Below the pieces are notes generated by a model. That model did no database searches. It worked only from the letters and a program-made list of their open reading frames with translations, and had not been told where the DNA came from. The translations under genes and the position numbers were made by a program. From Minisyncoccota bacterium (GTDB taxonomy: Bacteria; Patescibacteriota; Minisyncoccia; Phycocordibacterales; Phycocordibacteraceae), in NCBI GenBank assembly GCA_022841985.1, contig JALHQL010000006.1, positions 16 to 64,015 of the forward strand: a DNA stretch of 64,000 nt. The letters are read 5' to 3'. Position 1 is the stretch's first letter; each line of letters opens with the position of its first letter. Below, in pieces: positions 47,606-56,840 of the stretch.

Positions 47606-48184
47606 ATGGCAGACCGACTCAACCCCGACATTATGGAGGTACTCGTTAAGAAGACGGATAAGACAGCCGAACAAATTCGTCCGCGCCTCTCTGAACTTCG
47701 TCGCAAGTATAGCGGTCTCACAATGAACGCTGCTGCTCAGATGTACGCACAATCGCACGGCACTTCCATTATGACGAAGCTTGACCAAGGCGACCGACAA
47801 TCGCTCGCTACGGTACAAGCAATTACTCAAGTGAGCGTATCCAGCGTTTCAAAGGTAGATAAACGCACGCTAAATATAAATAACTCGCCGATACATAACC
47901 TTTCATTTGGTGACCGAAATCAAATAAATCAAAGTGTTGTGACGCTCGACAATGCACTCACTGAGTTATCTGAAAAAATCAGCAAAAGCACAGTACTGAC
48001 TGACGACGAAAAGAATGACTACAAGTCTGATATACAAACTATTGCAAGTCAGGCTGGAAAAAGTAAACCGAACAGGCAAATCATCAAAGTAGCATGGGAG
48101 AGCGTTAAGGCGCTTGCGGACATAGAAGGCTTTGCCCAATTGGTCGGCAGGATTACTCCGCTTATTCAAGGATTTTTTTCATAA
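47606..48184 (+). CDS. hypothetical protein (192 aa), upstream partner of the HEPN-like protein
   Basis: Stop at 48184, next start at 48186. The N-terminus resembles the mini-HTH proteins weakly. Confidence 0.45.
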   Translation: MADRLNPDIMEVLVKKTDKTAEQIRPRLSELRRKYSGLTMNAAAQMYAQSHGTSIMTKLDQGDRQSLATVQAITQVSVSSVSKVDKRTLNINNSPIHNLSFGDRNQINQSVVTLDNALTELSEKISKSTVLTDDEKNDYKSDIQTIASQAGKSKPNRQIIKVAWESVKALADIEGFAQLVGRITPLIQGFFS

Positions 48185-48185
48185 T

Positions 48186-48887
48186 ATGTCTCAACGCCTT
48201 GATCCAATTCTATTAAAGAAACTTGCCGATAAAATTGGTAAGTCCATCAAATATACGCGCGAGCAAAATGCCAAACGTGCTTCAAGAGCGGGCGTTTCTT
48301 CCGAAGCCTATTTTTTATATTGGCTGAAAGAAAAGAAAATTGGCTTTCAAAAGTACAAGCGTTCTTTGCCTGTTGATGTTCAAAACGAAGCAAGAACACT
48401 CACAGGCACTCCACAACACACAACAAGCACCACATCTAATCGTGTGGGACACACCGAAACACTCACTGCTTCATCGCGCTATATCGATTTACTCGAAATG
48501 ATTCAGGATGATGAGCTTAGAGATAGATGTGCGGATCTTATAAAACGACCAAGGAATCATGACAGAGTTTTTAGAGAAGCCACAACTATTCTTGAACATC
48601 GGGTCAAGAATTTGAGTGGTATTACACAAAGAATGAACCCGCAAGCATTAATTGGGAAAGCAATTGCGCCTGATCCTGCGCGAGCTATTTTAGTGGTCAG
48701 CAGTGATTCCAGTGAGCAAGAAGGTTTTTACAAAATTTGCGCTGGTATTGAAGCAGCATTCCGCAACCGCACCCATCATGAAGTCTCGAACAAGCTCACA
48801 CGTAATGACGCGATAAAATTTTGTGGCTTCATTGACTCACTGTTACTTGTGCTTGTTAATGCAGAAGTACATCAAGAACGGATTTAG
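48186..48887 (+). CDS. protein with a C-terminal HEPN-like (Abi_C / TIGR02391-like) domain. Candidate abortive-infection RNase.
   Basis: C-terminal EQEGFYKICAGIEAAFRNRTHHE contains R-x4-H. Start atg at 48186. Confidence 0.45.
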   Translation: MSQRLDPILLKKLADKIGKSIKYTREQNAKRASRAGVSSEAYFLYWLKEKKIGFQKYKRSLPVDVQNEARTLTGTPQHTTSTTSNRVGHTETLTASSRYIDLLEMIQDDELRDRCADLIKRPRNHDRVFREATTILEHRVKNLSGITQRMNPQALIGKAIAPDPARAILVVSSDSSEQEGFYKICAGIEAAFRNRTHHEVSNKLTRNDAIKFCGFIDSLLLVLVNAEVHQERI

Positions 48888-49218
48888 CTAAAGGGAGCCG
48901 TCCACGTCAGTGGACGGGCTTCTGTGCGCGCATAGGGTGGGTGGGGCAAGCACATACAGATTTGTTTGTGCCCTAGCACAATCCATTTTTCTTTGAGTAA
49001 CTACTAACCTCTCTCGAAGTCACTGAGCGAACGCACACAACGCCGAAGCAGCCAGCGCGAGCGAATGCGAGCGGGCTATGTGTAGGCGGTTGTGTGTGTT
49101 CGCGGACGTTAGAGCTACTACTAAACGTCGCTATGGCACGCGCCTCGGTCGCCACAAGGAAATGGAGCAAACGGGCTTCAATGTGATAACTTTGTTGCCC
49201 TTTGTGGAGTTTCCTTGT

Positions 49219-49492
49219 GGCGAAGCAAAACCAAAAATTTCCTTTCCATTTCTTTTTCCGCTTCGCGGTGGAGGGGTGGGGGGAGGAGACGCGAGAAAAA
49301 TGCAAGGAAATTTTTTGGTTTTTGCACACGCGAGTCCGCGAGCGTGTCCGAGGCGCATTCGTTCGTGTTGGCACAGTATCGGAGCGTACAATGCAGTTTC
49401 AAGCCACCACGCGCTCCGCGCGTGCGATTAGTCGTCAAAATCCTGCGGATTTTGTCCGAAATACATTCGAACTTCGTCCAATACACACCGCC
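49219..49492. repeat. IR2-R, inverted copy of IR2-L, ending in CCGCC followed by A
   Basis: 274 bp. Base-by-base reverse complement of 43285-43558. Confidence 0.85.
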
Positions 49493-49672
49493 AGAAGTCC
49501 GAGTTAGAACCAAAGCAAAGTAAGGGTTTTAATACAACTAAACTCAAAATAAAACATCCATCTAAAATATGGGTGTTTTGCTTATTGGTGGCACTTATCC
49601 ACAATAGGGCACTTTACAAGAAAGAGATAATTGTATAGGATCATACTATCACTTAACAGCTATCATTAATTT

Positions 49673-51340
49673 ATGAAAAACACCGAGGAAAATAAAATTG
49701 AAACAATAGACATTACTCCCGATAAAAGCATTTATCACAAAATCGGGGAGGCAAATTACTCGATTTCTGACGCACTCGCAGAATTAGTGGATAACTCAAT
49801 TGATGCCGCAAATGACAATGGTGTCGAGATTTATATCGTTTTAGACAAGAAAGACGAGAAAATTGTCATTGAGGACAATGGAAAGGGAATGAGCAAAGAA
49901 ATAGCTTCAAAAAGCTTGGTACTAGCCCATTCTAAAAAGCACGAGGCACTAGGTGAATTCGGTTTGGGACTAAAGTCCGCATGCACCAGTTTAGGAACAA
50001 TCTTTTCTATAACAAGTACACCTGAAGGTTCTGAAGAAAGATACTCTCTTGAATATAATAAGGAACAATTTTTAAAATCAGATGACTGGCATCATTACCC
50101 TCTCGCAATATCAAAAGCTCCAAAAAATGAACACGGAACAAGAATAGAAATCAGTAATTTGCGAATAAAATTATATGACGCTCAAGTAACACGTCTCAAG
50201 GATGACTTAGCTAAAAGATATGGACCATACATTGAACACAACAATGTTGTCATTAAAGTTGGTTTAAAAAGAGAGACGGCAAAGCCTTGTGTGCCAAGTG
50301 AAATTAAACTCGTTGAAGGTTCGAAGAAAGAATTTTCATACATGCTCTCAAAAGGAGCCACCATTACAGGTTGGTATGGTTTATCAGAGGTCGGATCACA
50401 AAAACAAAGTGGTTTTAATATGTTTCGTAGGGGGCGTCTTATACGATCATCGGAAAAGCTTGGTTATAATTACCACCCACATCTAATGAGTATTGTCGGA
50501 GAAATTAATTTGGACTCCGTCCCAGTCACACATAACAAACGAGAATTTATTATTGAATCAGGGGAATTCAAAGAGTTTATTAAAGAATTCTGGGGTGATC
50601 AGACCGAGAAATATTTAGGCCAAAAAGTGAAGGGAATGATTGATGAAGTAACAAAGACAGCTAGAGATCGATCAAACCAAGAAAAAGCTGATAGCATGCC
50701 GACTGAAAAGAAAGAGACTATAAAAAATAACTTATTGAATGCTCTTAACCGACTAGACGAATTCAAAGAGCTGGCCTATCCAGATCTGTATCAACCTAAA
50801 AAAAGGTCTGCGAGCGGAAAAGAGGACCCAAAAGAATCAAGAGAAACTGATTTACGTGTAGCCAGGGAGGAAGAAATCAAACCTACAAAAGAGGAGGAGA
50901 GGGATCAGAGAACGCCCAAAAAAACACAACCAAAAACGGCCAAATTTATCATGGTTGGTGGAAAAAAATTCAAATTCGATTTCTTTTTGAAGAATTTGGC
51001 AAATGACACCATCGACAAAGAGACAGTTATCAATCAGGAAAACGTTATTGAAATATACATTAATACGGGATTTAAAGGTTACGGCTTGACGAAAGATTCT
51101 GATTTTTATTCTACTTTCCACATAGCAGAGGCGATTGCTGAACTTTATGTTAAAGAAGCTGGTCAAAAAATGGAAAGGGTCTTTGAATTACGAAACGGTC
51201 TTATATATGAAGTGGCGTCGTTAATCTATGAAGAAGAAGAGTATAAGAAACTAGAGAAGACTGAAAAAGAACTAGTCGCAGTAACTGAAAAGAGGAAAGA
51301 GTTGGAAGAAAAAAGAACAAGAACAAGTTTAAAAATATAA
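49673..51340 (+). CDS. GHKL-superfamily ATPase (HATPase_c_3, prokaryotic MORC-like) with a charged coiled C-terminal region
   Basis: N-box ELVDNSIDA, G1 IEDNGKGM, G2 GEFGLGLKSA. Confidence 0.75.
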   Translation: MKNTEENKIETIDITPDKSIYHKIGEANYSISDALAELVDNSIDAANDNGVEIYIVLDKKDEKIVIEDNGKGMSKEIASKSLVLAHSKKHEALGEFGLGLKSACTSLGTIFSITSTPEGSEERYSLEYNKEQFLKSDDWHHYPLAISKAPKNEHGTRIEISNLRIKLYDAQVTRLKDDLAKRYGPYIEHNNVVIKVGLKRETAKPCVPSEIKLVEGSKKEFSYMLSKGATITGWYGLSEVGSQKQSGFNMFRRGRLIRSSEKLGYNYHPHLMSIVGEINLDSVPVTHNKREFIIESGEFKEFIKEFWGDQTEKYLGQKVKGMIDEVTKTARDRSNQEKADSMPTEKKETIKNNLLNALNRLDEFKELAYPDLYQPKKRSASGKEDPKESRETDLRVAREEEIKPTKEEERDQRTPKKTQPKTAKFIMVGGKKFKFDFFLKNLANDTIDKETVINQENVIEIYINTGFKGYGLTKDSDFYSTFHIAEAIAELYVKEAGQKMERVFELRNGLIYEVASLIYEEEEYKKLEKTEKELVAVTEKRKELEEKRTRTSLKI

Positions 51341-51341
51341 A

Positions 51342-52754
51342 ATGAGTCAGACCCTTAAGCGAGCAAACGAATATTTTGGGGTAACTGAGTCTGACTATAA
51401 GAAGACTGGCGCATTTAATCCGGTCATCGGTGTAGACAGCTTATTTTTTGTAGATCCGCTACTGCTCTCTAAAACAAGAATACCTGAGTTCAAGGATGCT
51501 CAAAAAGAGGTGCGTGATTATTTTGCTAGTGTCATCACACTTATCAGAAGTGGTAATCAAAAAGCAAAAGCACTAGCTCACAAGAAACTTATTTTAAGAG
51601 AGGTTAGGGGTATCGGCATAGGTTACGGTAGTACATCTGATGATGGTTCCGCCATTGGTCCAAAACTTGCAAAACGTTTGTTAAATACTGCAGAGGAACT
51701 CATCCAGATGGGTATTACCGATCCAGCCATCTTTGAAGTCATGGGTCTTTTTGAGGAAGATTTTGGGCCAGATCGACTTAGTGACGGCTTGACACGCATT
51801 CTTCTCAAACGCGTCTGCCAATATTCTGAACGAATCACGAAAGAACTCAAAATTATAGATACATATACACTAACTACTTATGAGAGAAAGTACACTCTAA
51901 CAAAACACCCCCTTAAAGATGGGCCTTTGCTTTTCGTGCCCCAAGGCATATTGCGAGATCTCCCGATAGCGAATAGTTTTGAGGAGATTAGTGTAGTTGC
52001 AATTTTTAATGAAGATCTGAGAAAGAAATTTAATTCTATTCTGGCATCCTGTTTTGCTGGAGATAAAAATAAAAAGCCCAAGAAATCTGAAATTAAGAAA
52101 TATCTCCTAGAAACGAAAGATGGAATCAAAACAGTTGTTGCGGCATATCAGTCATGTAGTCCTGAATCGTATAATTTTGACACCGATCCTTCTGGTTTAT
52201 ATCTGTGGCTTGAGAAAGCAAAACAGTTAGCTCGTGAGAACCCAATTTCACTTCCATCAAAACCAAAACAAGGTGATATTGATGATGTGGTACAGAAAGT
52301 TATACAGGCATTTAAAAGAGGAATTGAATCTAAGGGTTGGTGGAAATCACTTTATAACGAGAGTAAGGAATCACTGAATGAAAGCCACGCAAGACATTTC
52401 TTTTATGCAACCGCGCTCTTGTATTGCGAAGCATGTGATATTGATATTTCACCCGAATCAAATGCTGGTCAAGGTCCAGTAGATTTCAAATTGAGCCGTG
52501 GTCACAAAAAGATAGTTGTTGAAATAAAATTAACTTCAGGACATGTTCGACAAGGTTATGAAAAACAAACACGAATATATGAAGAAAGTGAAGATGCTGA
52601 AGCTAGTTATTTCCTTGTTGTTCAAGTAACAGAGAAAAGTAAAGTTCTGCAAAAGGTGCTTAAAATGGAGGAAGTGGAAGAAAAGGAGGGTAAAAAACAC
52701 CCGACAATCGTAGTTGTGGATGGGCGAGAGAAACCGTCAGCAAGTCACGCCTAG
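51342..52754 (+). CDS. partner protein (470 aa) with a C-terminal PD-(D/E)xK nuclease-like motif
   Basis: GQGPVDFKLSRGHKKIVVEIKLTSG fits PD...(E)xK. Start is 2 nt after the GHKL stop. Confidence 0.5.
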   Translation: MSQTLKRANEYFGVTESDYKKTGAFNPVIGVDSLFFVDPLLLSKTRIPEFKDAQKEVRDYFASVITLIRSGNQKAKALAHKKLILREVRGIGIGYGSTSDDGSAIGPKLAKRLLNTAEELIQMGITDPAIFEVMGLFEEDFGPDRLSDGLTRILLKRVCQYSERITKELKIIDTYTLTTYERKYTLTKHPLKDGPLLFVPQGILRDLPIANSFEEISVVAIFNEDLRKKFNSILASCFAGDKNKKPKKSEIKKYLLETKDGIKTVVAAYQSCSPESYNFDTDPSGLYLWLEKAKQLARENPISLPSKPKQGDIDDVVQKVIQAFKRGIESKGWWKSLYNESKESLNESHARHFFYATALLYCEACDIDISPESNAGQGPVDFKLSRGHKKIVVEIKLTSGHVRQGYEKQTRIYEESEDAEASYFLVVQVTEKSKVLQKVLKMEEVEEKEGKKHPTIVVVDGREKPSASHA

Positions 52755-52924
52755 TCATATTTACTTTTCAATAGAATAATCAACTGCATTTTGCCCTTTA
52801 TCTGAGTTTGGTTTAGGCGTCTCAAACCACTCCGGATGCTCCTTATGCATTTTCCTCAGTTTTTGTATACTTGTATCAAGAATCCAGAAATTAAAGCGTC
52901 TTTTTGGTTCTAATTTCGGGACAT

Positions 52925-53106
52925 CGTCACCGCCGCGAAGCGGAAAAAGAGGAAAGGAAATTTTTGGTTTGCCTGCGCGAGTCCGCGAGCGCGGTCGAGG
53001 CGCGTTCCAGCGCAATCGGAGCGTACGCTTCGGGTTCAAGCCACCACGCGCTCCGCGCGTGCGAAGTGGGTTCGAGCAAAGGTGATACACTCACCGCCTC
53101 AAAAGA
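52925..53106. repeat. third, degenerate IR2-family copy, ending in CACCGCC
   Basis: cgcgaagcggaaaaagaggaaaggaaatttttggttt...gcgcgagtccgcgagcg...ccaccacgcgctccgcgcgtgcg...caccgcc aligns to IR2 with indels. Confidence 0.6.
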
Positions 53107-53196
53107 AGATATTGAGTGCGCTGAAGTGGTTGCAGCTTGTACACAAAAACGCACAGAACAATTCTGCCGTGCCATACTCTCTGCTATTATTCCCTC

Positions 53197-53670
53197 ATGA
53201 CTCGCGAAGCGATTTTAGAATGGAAAGGAAGAGAATACGATCATAATCCCAAAAGCGCCGATTGGTATTGGGCACTTGGCATCATTGCGGTCGCCGGCAC
53301 TATAGCAGCAATACTTTTCGGCAGTTACCTGATCGCGATGCTCATTGTCATCGCAACAGTATCGATCGCACTCCACGCCGCAAAACAACCACCCCTGCAT
53401 CGCTTTCGTCTTGTCGAGCAAGGCATCGTCATCGGCGACGAGCTGCATCCTTTTGCACGAATGACCTCCTTCTCTGTGCTTGAAGACATCGAGGGAACGC
53501 TCCCTCCGATGATTTCCATAAAAACTGATAGTTGGCTCTCGCCGCACCTCGTCATTCCGCTTGAGGGTGTTGATGTTGATATGGTATATGCCTACTTCCT
53601 CCATCATGTTGATGAAGAAGCCCACCATCACACGTTCGTCGATTTGGTGGCGGCGTGGCTCAGATTCTGA
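53197..53670 (+). CDS. two-TM membrane protein with a His-rich C-terminus
   Basis: WYWALGIIAVAGTIAAILFGSYLIAMLIVIATVSIALHAA. Start MTREAIL at 53197. Confidence 0.4.
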   Translation: MTREAILEWKGREYDHNPKSADWYWALGIIAVAGTIAAILFGSYLIAMLIVIATVSIALHAAKQPPLHRFRLVEQGIVIGDELHPFARMTSFSVLEDIEGTLPPMISIKTDSWLSPHLVIPLEGVDVDMVYAYFLHHVDEEAHHHTFVDLVAAWLRF

Positions 53671-53685
53671 TATACATTCACTATT

Positions 53686-53760
53686 GCCCCCGTCGTTCAA
53701 CGGATAGGACGCGAGCTTGCGGAGTTCGTAATCGAGGTTCGATTCCTCGCGGGGGCACCA
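53686..53760 (+). tRNA. tRNA-Arg (anticodon read as GCG) with encoded CCA
   Basis: Acceptor gcccccg/cgggggc, D-arm gttc/ggac, anticodon loop ttGCGga (G37), T-arm cgagg-ttcgatt-cctcg, then aCCA. Confidence 0.6.
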
Positions 53761-53916
53761 AGTAGGAAAGGACGGTTGATTTATTGAGAACCTGCTGCGC
53801 AGAAGATTTTTGTCGCGCTTGAGACAAAACAAGGAATATGCTCTACTTTATCTAGATTAGTAATGAGCCATTTCGGCTCTGTAGGACATTCTCAAACAAA
53901 AAAAGGAGGTTCGACC

Positions 53917-54261
53917 ATGAAGAGATGCTCTGTAGAGGAATTGAAACAGAACGGCGAAGAGACTCCTGAGTCTATCCTCGCCCACGCCCAATGGAGGAAA
54001 TCGCGAGGTCGCAATCCGAGCAAGGGTTACAAGGGCCAGAACAATCCTAGAAAGGCATTGGCTCTTGCTATCAAGGATTTTCTGTTCAATTGCTACAAGA
54101 TCGCAGCTCGCAAGTGGCTCAGCGACCTGCGCGAAAGCACCAGCCAGTACAGAAAGCTCAGTCGCTACATCCGCAAGGCAGCTCGGAGGGGCAAATTCTT
54201 GCTCGCCGAGATCGGCACTAGCGAGAGGGAGCTCCGGTCGTTCACCAAGATTCCGACCTAG
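53917..54261 (+). CDS. hypothetical basic protein (114 aa)
   Basis: AGGAGG Shine-Dalgarno 7 nt before the ATG at 53917. Confidence 0.4.
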   Translation: MKRCSVEELKQNGEETPESILAHAQWRKSRGRNPSKGYKGQNNPRKALALAIKDFLFNCYKIAARKWLSDLRESTSQYRKLSRYIRKAARRGKFLLAEIGTSERELRSFTKIPT

Positions 54262-54371
54262 TTTCAGTCGATTCGCGTTTCTCAATCAAAGCCCCAAGTG
54301 GAATTCAATCCGCTTGGGGCTTTCACTTTTTCTAAGTGATATTGTGCGAAGTATGGTGTTACACTTTCCTT

Positions 54372-55292
54372 ATGGATGCTGAGGCGGCAAAACGACAGTT
54401 TCTTGAATATATCGAGATTGAACGCGGCCGTGCAGTAAAGACTATTGAGAATTATGACCGCTATCTCACCCGCTACTTCACCCAGATGAAGATACAGAAC
54501 GTAAGCGGCATTAGCGAACAGAGTATTCGAGAGTTCCGCCTCTGGCTCAATCGGCAGCCGGGTACGGCTGCCGATTCCATGAAGCGCCGCACTCAGAATT
54601 ACTACATGATTGCACTCCGCGCCTTTCTCAAGTTTCTCCGAAAACGCGATATTGCTGCCATTTCTCCTGAGAAAATAGAGCTTGCGAAGCTTCCTGAGCG
54701 ACAACTTGACCTTATTACTTCTGCCGAACTAGAACGTCTTATACAAGCACCTAGAGAAGCATTTAAGAAAGAAAAAGACCCTGACAAAGCAAGGTCCTAC
54801 TTGCGAGATACTGCGATTCTCGAACTATTATTCTCCACCGGTCTGCGCGTCTCCGAGCTCTGTGCACTCAATTCTGATATTGATTTAACGCGCGACGAGG
54901 TTTCGGTGCGCGGCAAAGGCGAGAAAGTCCGTGTCGTATTCCTCTCCCCTACTGCGAAGCAGGCTGTACGCGAATACCTCAAGGCAAGAAATGACATGGA
55001 AGAAGCTTTGTTCGTAGATGGCAGACCAAACAAATTGCACCGCATCATCCCCCGCGACGTCCAACGGCATTTGAAATCATATGTAGCGCGGGCGGGTATC
55101 ACAAACGTCGTTACGCCGCACACCCTCCGTCACGTCTTCGCCACAGATCTTCTGACTAATGGCGCCGACATCCGCTCTGTCCAACAACTCCTCGGTCATG
55201 CTTCCATCAACACGACCCAAATTTACACACACATCACTGACTCGCACCTACGAGAAATCCATAAAAAATTCCACGGACAGAAACGCACATAA
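54372..55292 (+). CDS. tyrosine site-specific recombinase, XerC/XerD-like
   Basis: N-terminal SAM-like domain, and the catalytic C-terminus HTLRHVFATDLLTNGADIRSVQQLLGHASINTTQIYTH. Confidence 0.8.
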   Translation: MDAEAAKRQFLEYIEIERGRAVKTIENYDRYLTRYFTQMKIQNVSGISEQSIREFRLWLNRQPGTAADSMKRRTQNYYMIALRAFLKFLRKRDIAAISPEKIELAKLPERQLDLITSAELERLIQAPREAFKKEKDPDKARSYLRDTAILELLFSTGLRVSELCALNSDIDLTRDEVSVRGKGEKVRVVFLSPTAKQAVREYLKARNDMEEALFVDGRPNKLHRIIPRDVQRHLKSYVARAGITNVVTPHTLRHVFATDLLTNGADIRSVQQLLGHASINTTQIYTHITDSHLREIHKKFHGQKRT

Positions 55293-55338
55293 CTTGAACT
55301 TAGAAAAATGAAGATATCCTCTGTGGCGCTGACGATTT

Positions 55339-56277
55339 TTATTGTGGAGGAAGATCGTTCGAAGATTCGGTCGTTGAGTCGGCAAGCGGCGGATCGGACG
55401 GAGTCGTCTCATCAGTTTGGCTAACTGGTGGAACAGTTATCGCACCATCTTCTGACGGGGGATCATTCTCAAGAGACGGCGTTTCTGTTAGCTCAGACGA
55501 GGAAGTCTCTTCTTTCTCTGAATCCTCAATCGGCGGAGCTGGATTAGTCGAAATTTCCTCGATCGTCAGGGAATCTTCAAGACTTTGAGTAAGTTGAGGC
55601 AAGGGGTCCGTTTGAGTTATCGGGGCAATTACCGGAAGATCGGCGGTAAGAGTGAGGACGATATGTTCTGTATCGTGATACCCAGCCCCAGCCGTCCCTC
55701 CCTCTTGATAGGCCTCGTACTTGAGATCGAGCACGCATTTTTGACCATCAACGACTCCTGGAGCTGGACTTGGCAGAGAAAGCGCGAGAGACCATGGAGT
55801 AAATGCGCTGGTATCGATCGTGGAAAACGAAACTACTGAGCCCAGGTAGGCTAGGGGATCGCTTCCCGCTGCGTTAATGGCGGCACAAAACGTCGCATTG
55901 CCCGAAGCGGTGCCAGAAACCTTATATCGCATCGGGAGAGAACCAACTACAGGAGTTGGAGTAAGTACAAATGTTTCTCCTGGCTGAGCAAGAAAAAGTG
56001 TTGCGGAGTCACGGTCAGACGTCACCGTGAAATCAAGCGGGCCCGCTGCAAATGTATTTCCAGTCGACTGCTCATTGTCCCTGAAATAAGAGCTGGTCCC
56101 TCCTATCGAAAGAAGCGTCGGGACCGCGATAACCGCCAAGAGAGCAATTGCGACGATTGGTGAACGATGTACTCGTTTCTCTATGGGCGTAGAAACTGTT
56201 ACCCGACGAGGTATAAACATGTCCGACATGTCCGACGACCGCTCGTACACTATCGTTGTGAAGGGTATCTTTTTCAT
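55339..56277 (-). CDS. TasA/camelysin-family secreted protein with a SipW-cognate-class signal peptide. True start may be Met at 56229 or 56220.
   Basis: AIALLAVIAVPTLLSIGGTSSYFRDNEQSTGNTFAAGPLDF matches the SipW-cognate signal motif. Confidence 0.6.
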   Translation of the reverse strand: MKKIPFTTIVYERSSDMSDMFIPRRVTVSTPIEKRVHRSPIVAIALLAVIAVPTLLSIGGTSSYFRDNEQSTGNTFAAGPLDFTVTSDRDSATLFLAQPGETFVLTPTPVVGSLPMRYKVSGTASGNATFCAAINAAGSDPLAYLGSVVSFSTIDTSAFTPWSLALSLPSPAPGVVDGQKCVLDLKYEAYQEGGTAGAGYHDTEHIVLTLTADLPVIAPITQTDPLPQLTQSLEDSLTIEEISTNPAPPIEDSEKEETSSSELTETPSLENDPPSEDGAITVPPVSQTDETTPSDPPLADSTTESSNDLPPQ

Positions 56278-56840
56278 GATAAAAATTCTCTCTCTTCTTT
56301 CGTAGAGGATTCAGGTTCTACATATTTACGCCTGCTTCGCAGAGTAATTTTTATTTCACGCGCGATACCTATTGCCTCGTAGCAGATAATGAGTGCCGCA
56401 GGTATAGCAATAAGAAGAGCGAAGCCAAGCTGGGTTTTACTAAACGCAAGAATATAACCTGCGTAAGGGAGCGAGAAGATGACACGCCCAATAACTTTAT
56501 TTGCAGGCGTTTCGCTAGGATCGACATCTTCGTTCGCGTCTCCTTTGGTCTCAAAGTACGTCATATCCCCTTCAGTACGTATCGATACAATACGATGCGT
56601 CGTCGGTATCGAAGTGCGGGTATCGTCGCCAAAAGTTATTACATCACCCGCTTTGTAATCAGTCGCCGGATGTATGAGGATCAAACTCCCTGTCAATATC
56701 GCGGGCTCCATCGAGCCTGAACGCACAATTTTCAACTCATAGGGATTAAGTAAGCCGAGATGGGGTGCCACAAGAAAAGCAACCGCCCCGAAAATAATCA
56801 GAGCAAGGAGCGTATTCAGGATGATATTGACGACCTTCAT
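56274..56840 (-). CDS. sipW: signal peptidase I, archaeal/SipW type
   Basis: SGSMEP box (RSGSMEPAILTGSLI), N-terminal TM segment, C-terminal TM segment. Embedded among TasA-like genes. Confidence 0.75.
   Translation of the reverse strand: MKVVNIILNTLLALIIFGAVAFLVAPHLGLLNPYELKIVRSGSMEPAILTGSLILIHPATDYKAGDVITFGDDTRTSIPTTHRIVSIRTEGDMTYFETKGDANEDVDPSETPANKVIGRVIFSLPYAGYILAFSKTQLGFALLIAIPAALIICYEAIGIAREIKITLRSRRKYVEPESSTKEEREFLS

Larger units (their letters stand above)
41648..53106. mobile_element. composite integrative defence island at tRNA-Ser(TGA). It holds a serine recombinase module and two or three cargo modules, delimited by the IR1 and IR2 repeats that share a CCGCC core.
   Basis: tRNA 3' end overlaps IR1-L. 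There is a recombinase gene. CCGCC(A) occurs at 41648, 43285-43289 (inverted), 49488-49493 and 53101-53106. Cargo is entirely defence-type genes. Confidence 0.6.

Noticed and set aside
53215-53832. 205-aa minus-strand ORF.
   Set aside because: It runs antisense across the membrane-protein gene at 53197..53670 and straight through the tRNA at 53686-53760. There is no ribosome-binding site. It is considered spurious.
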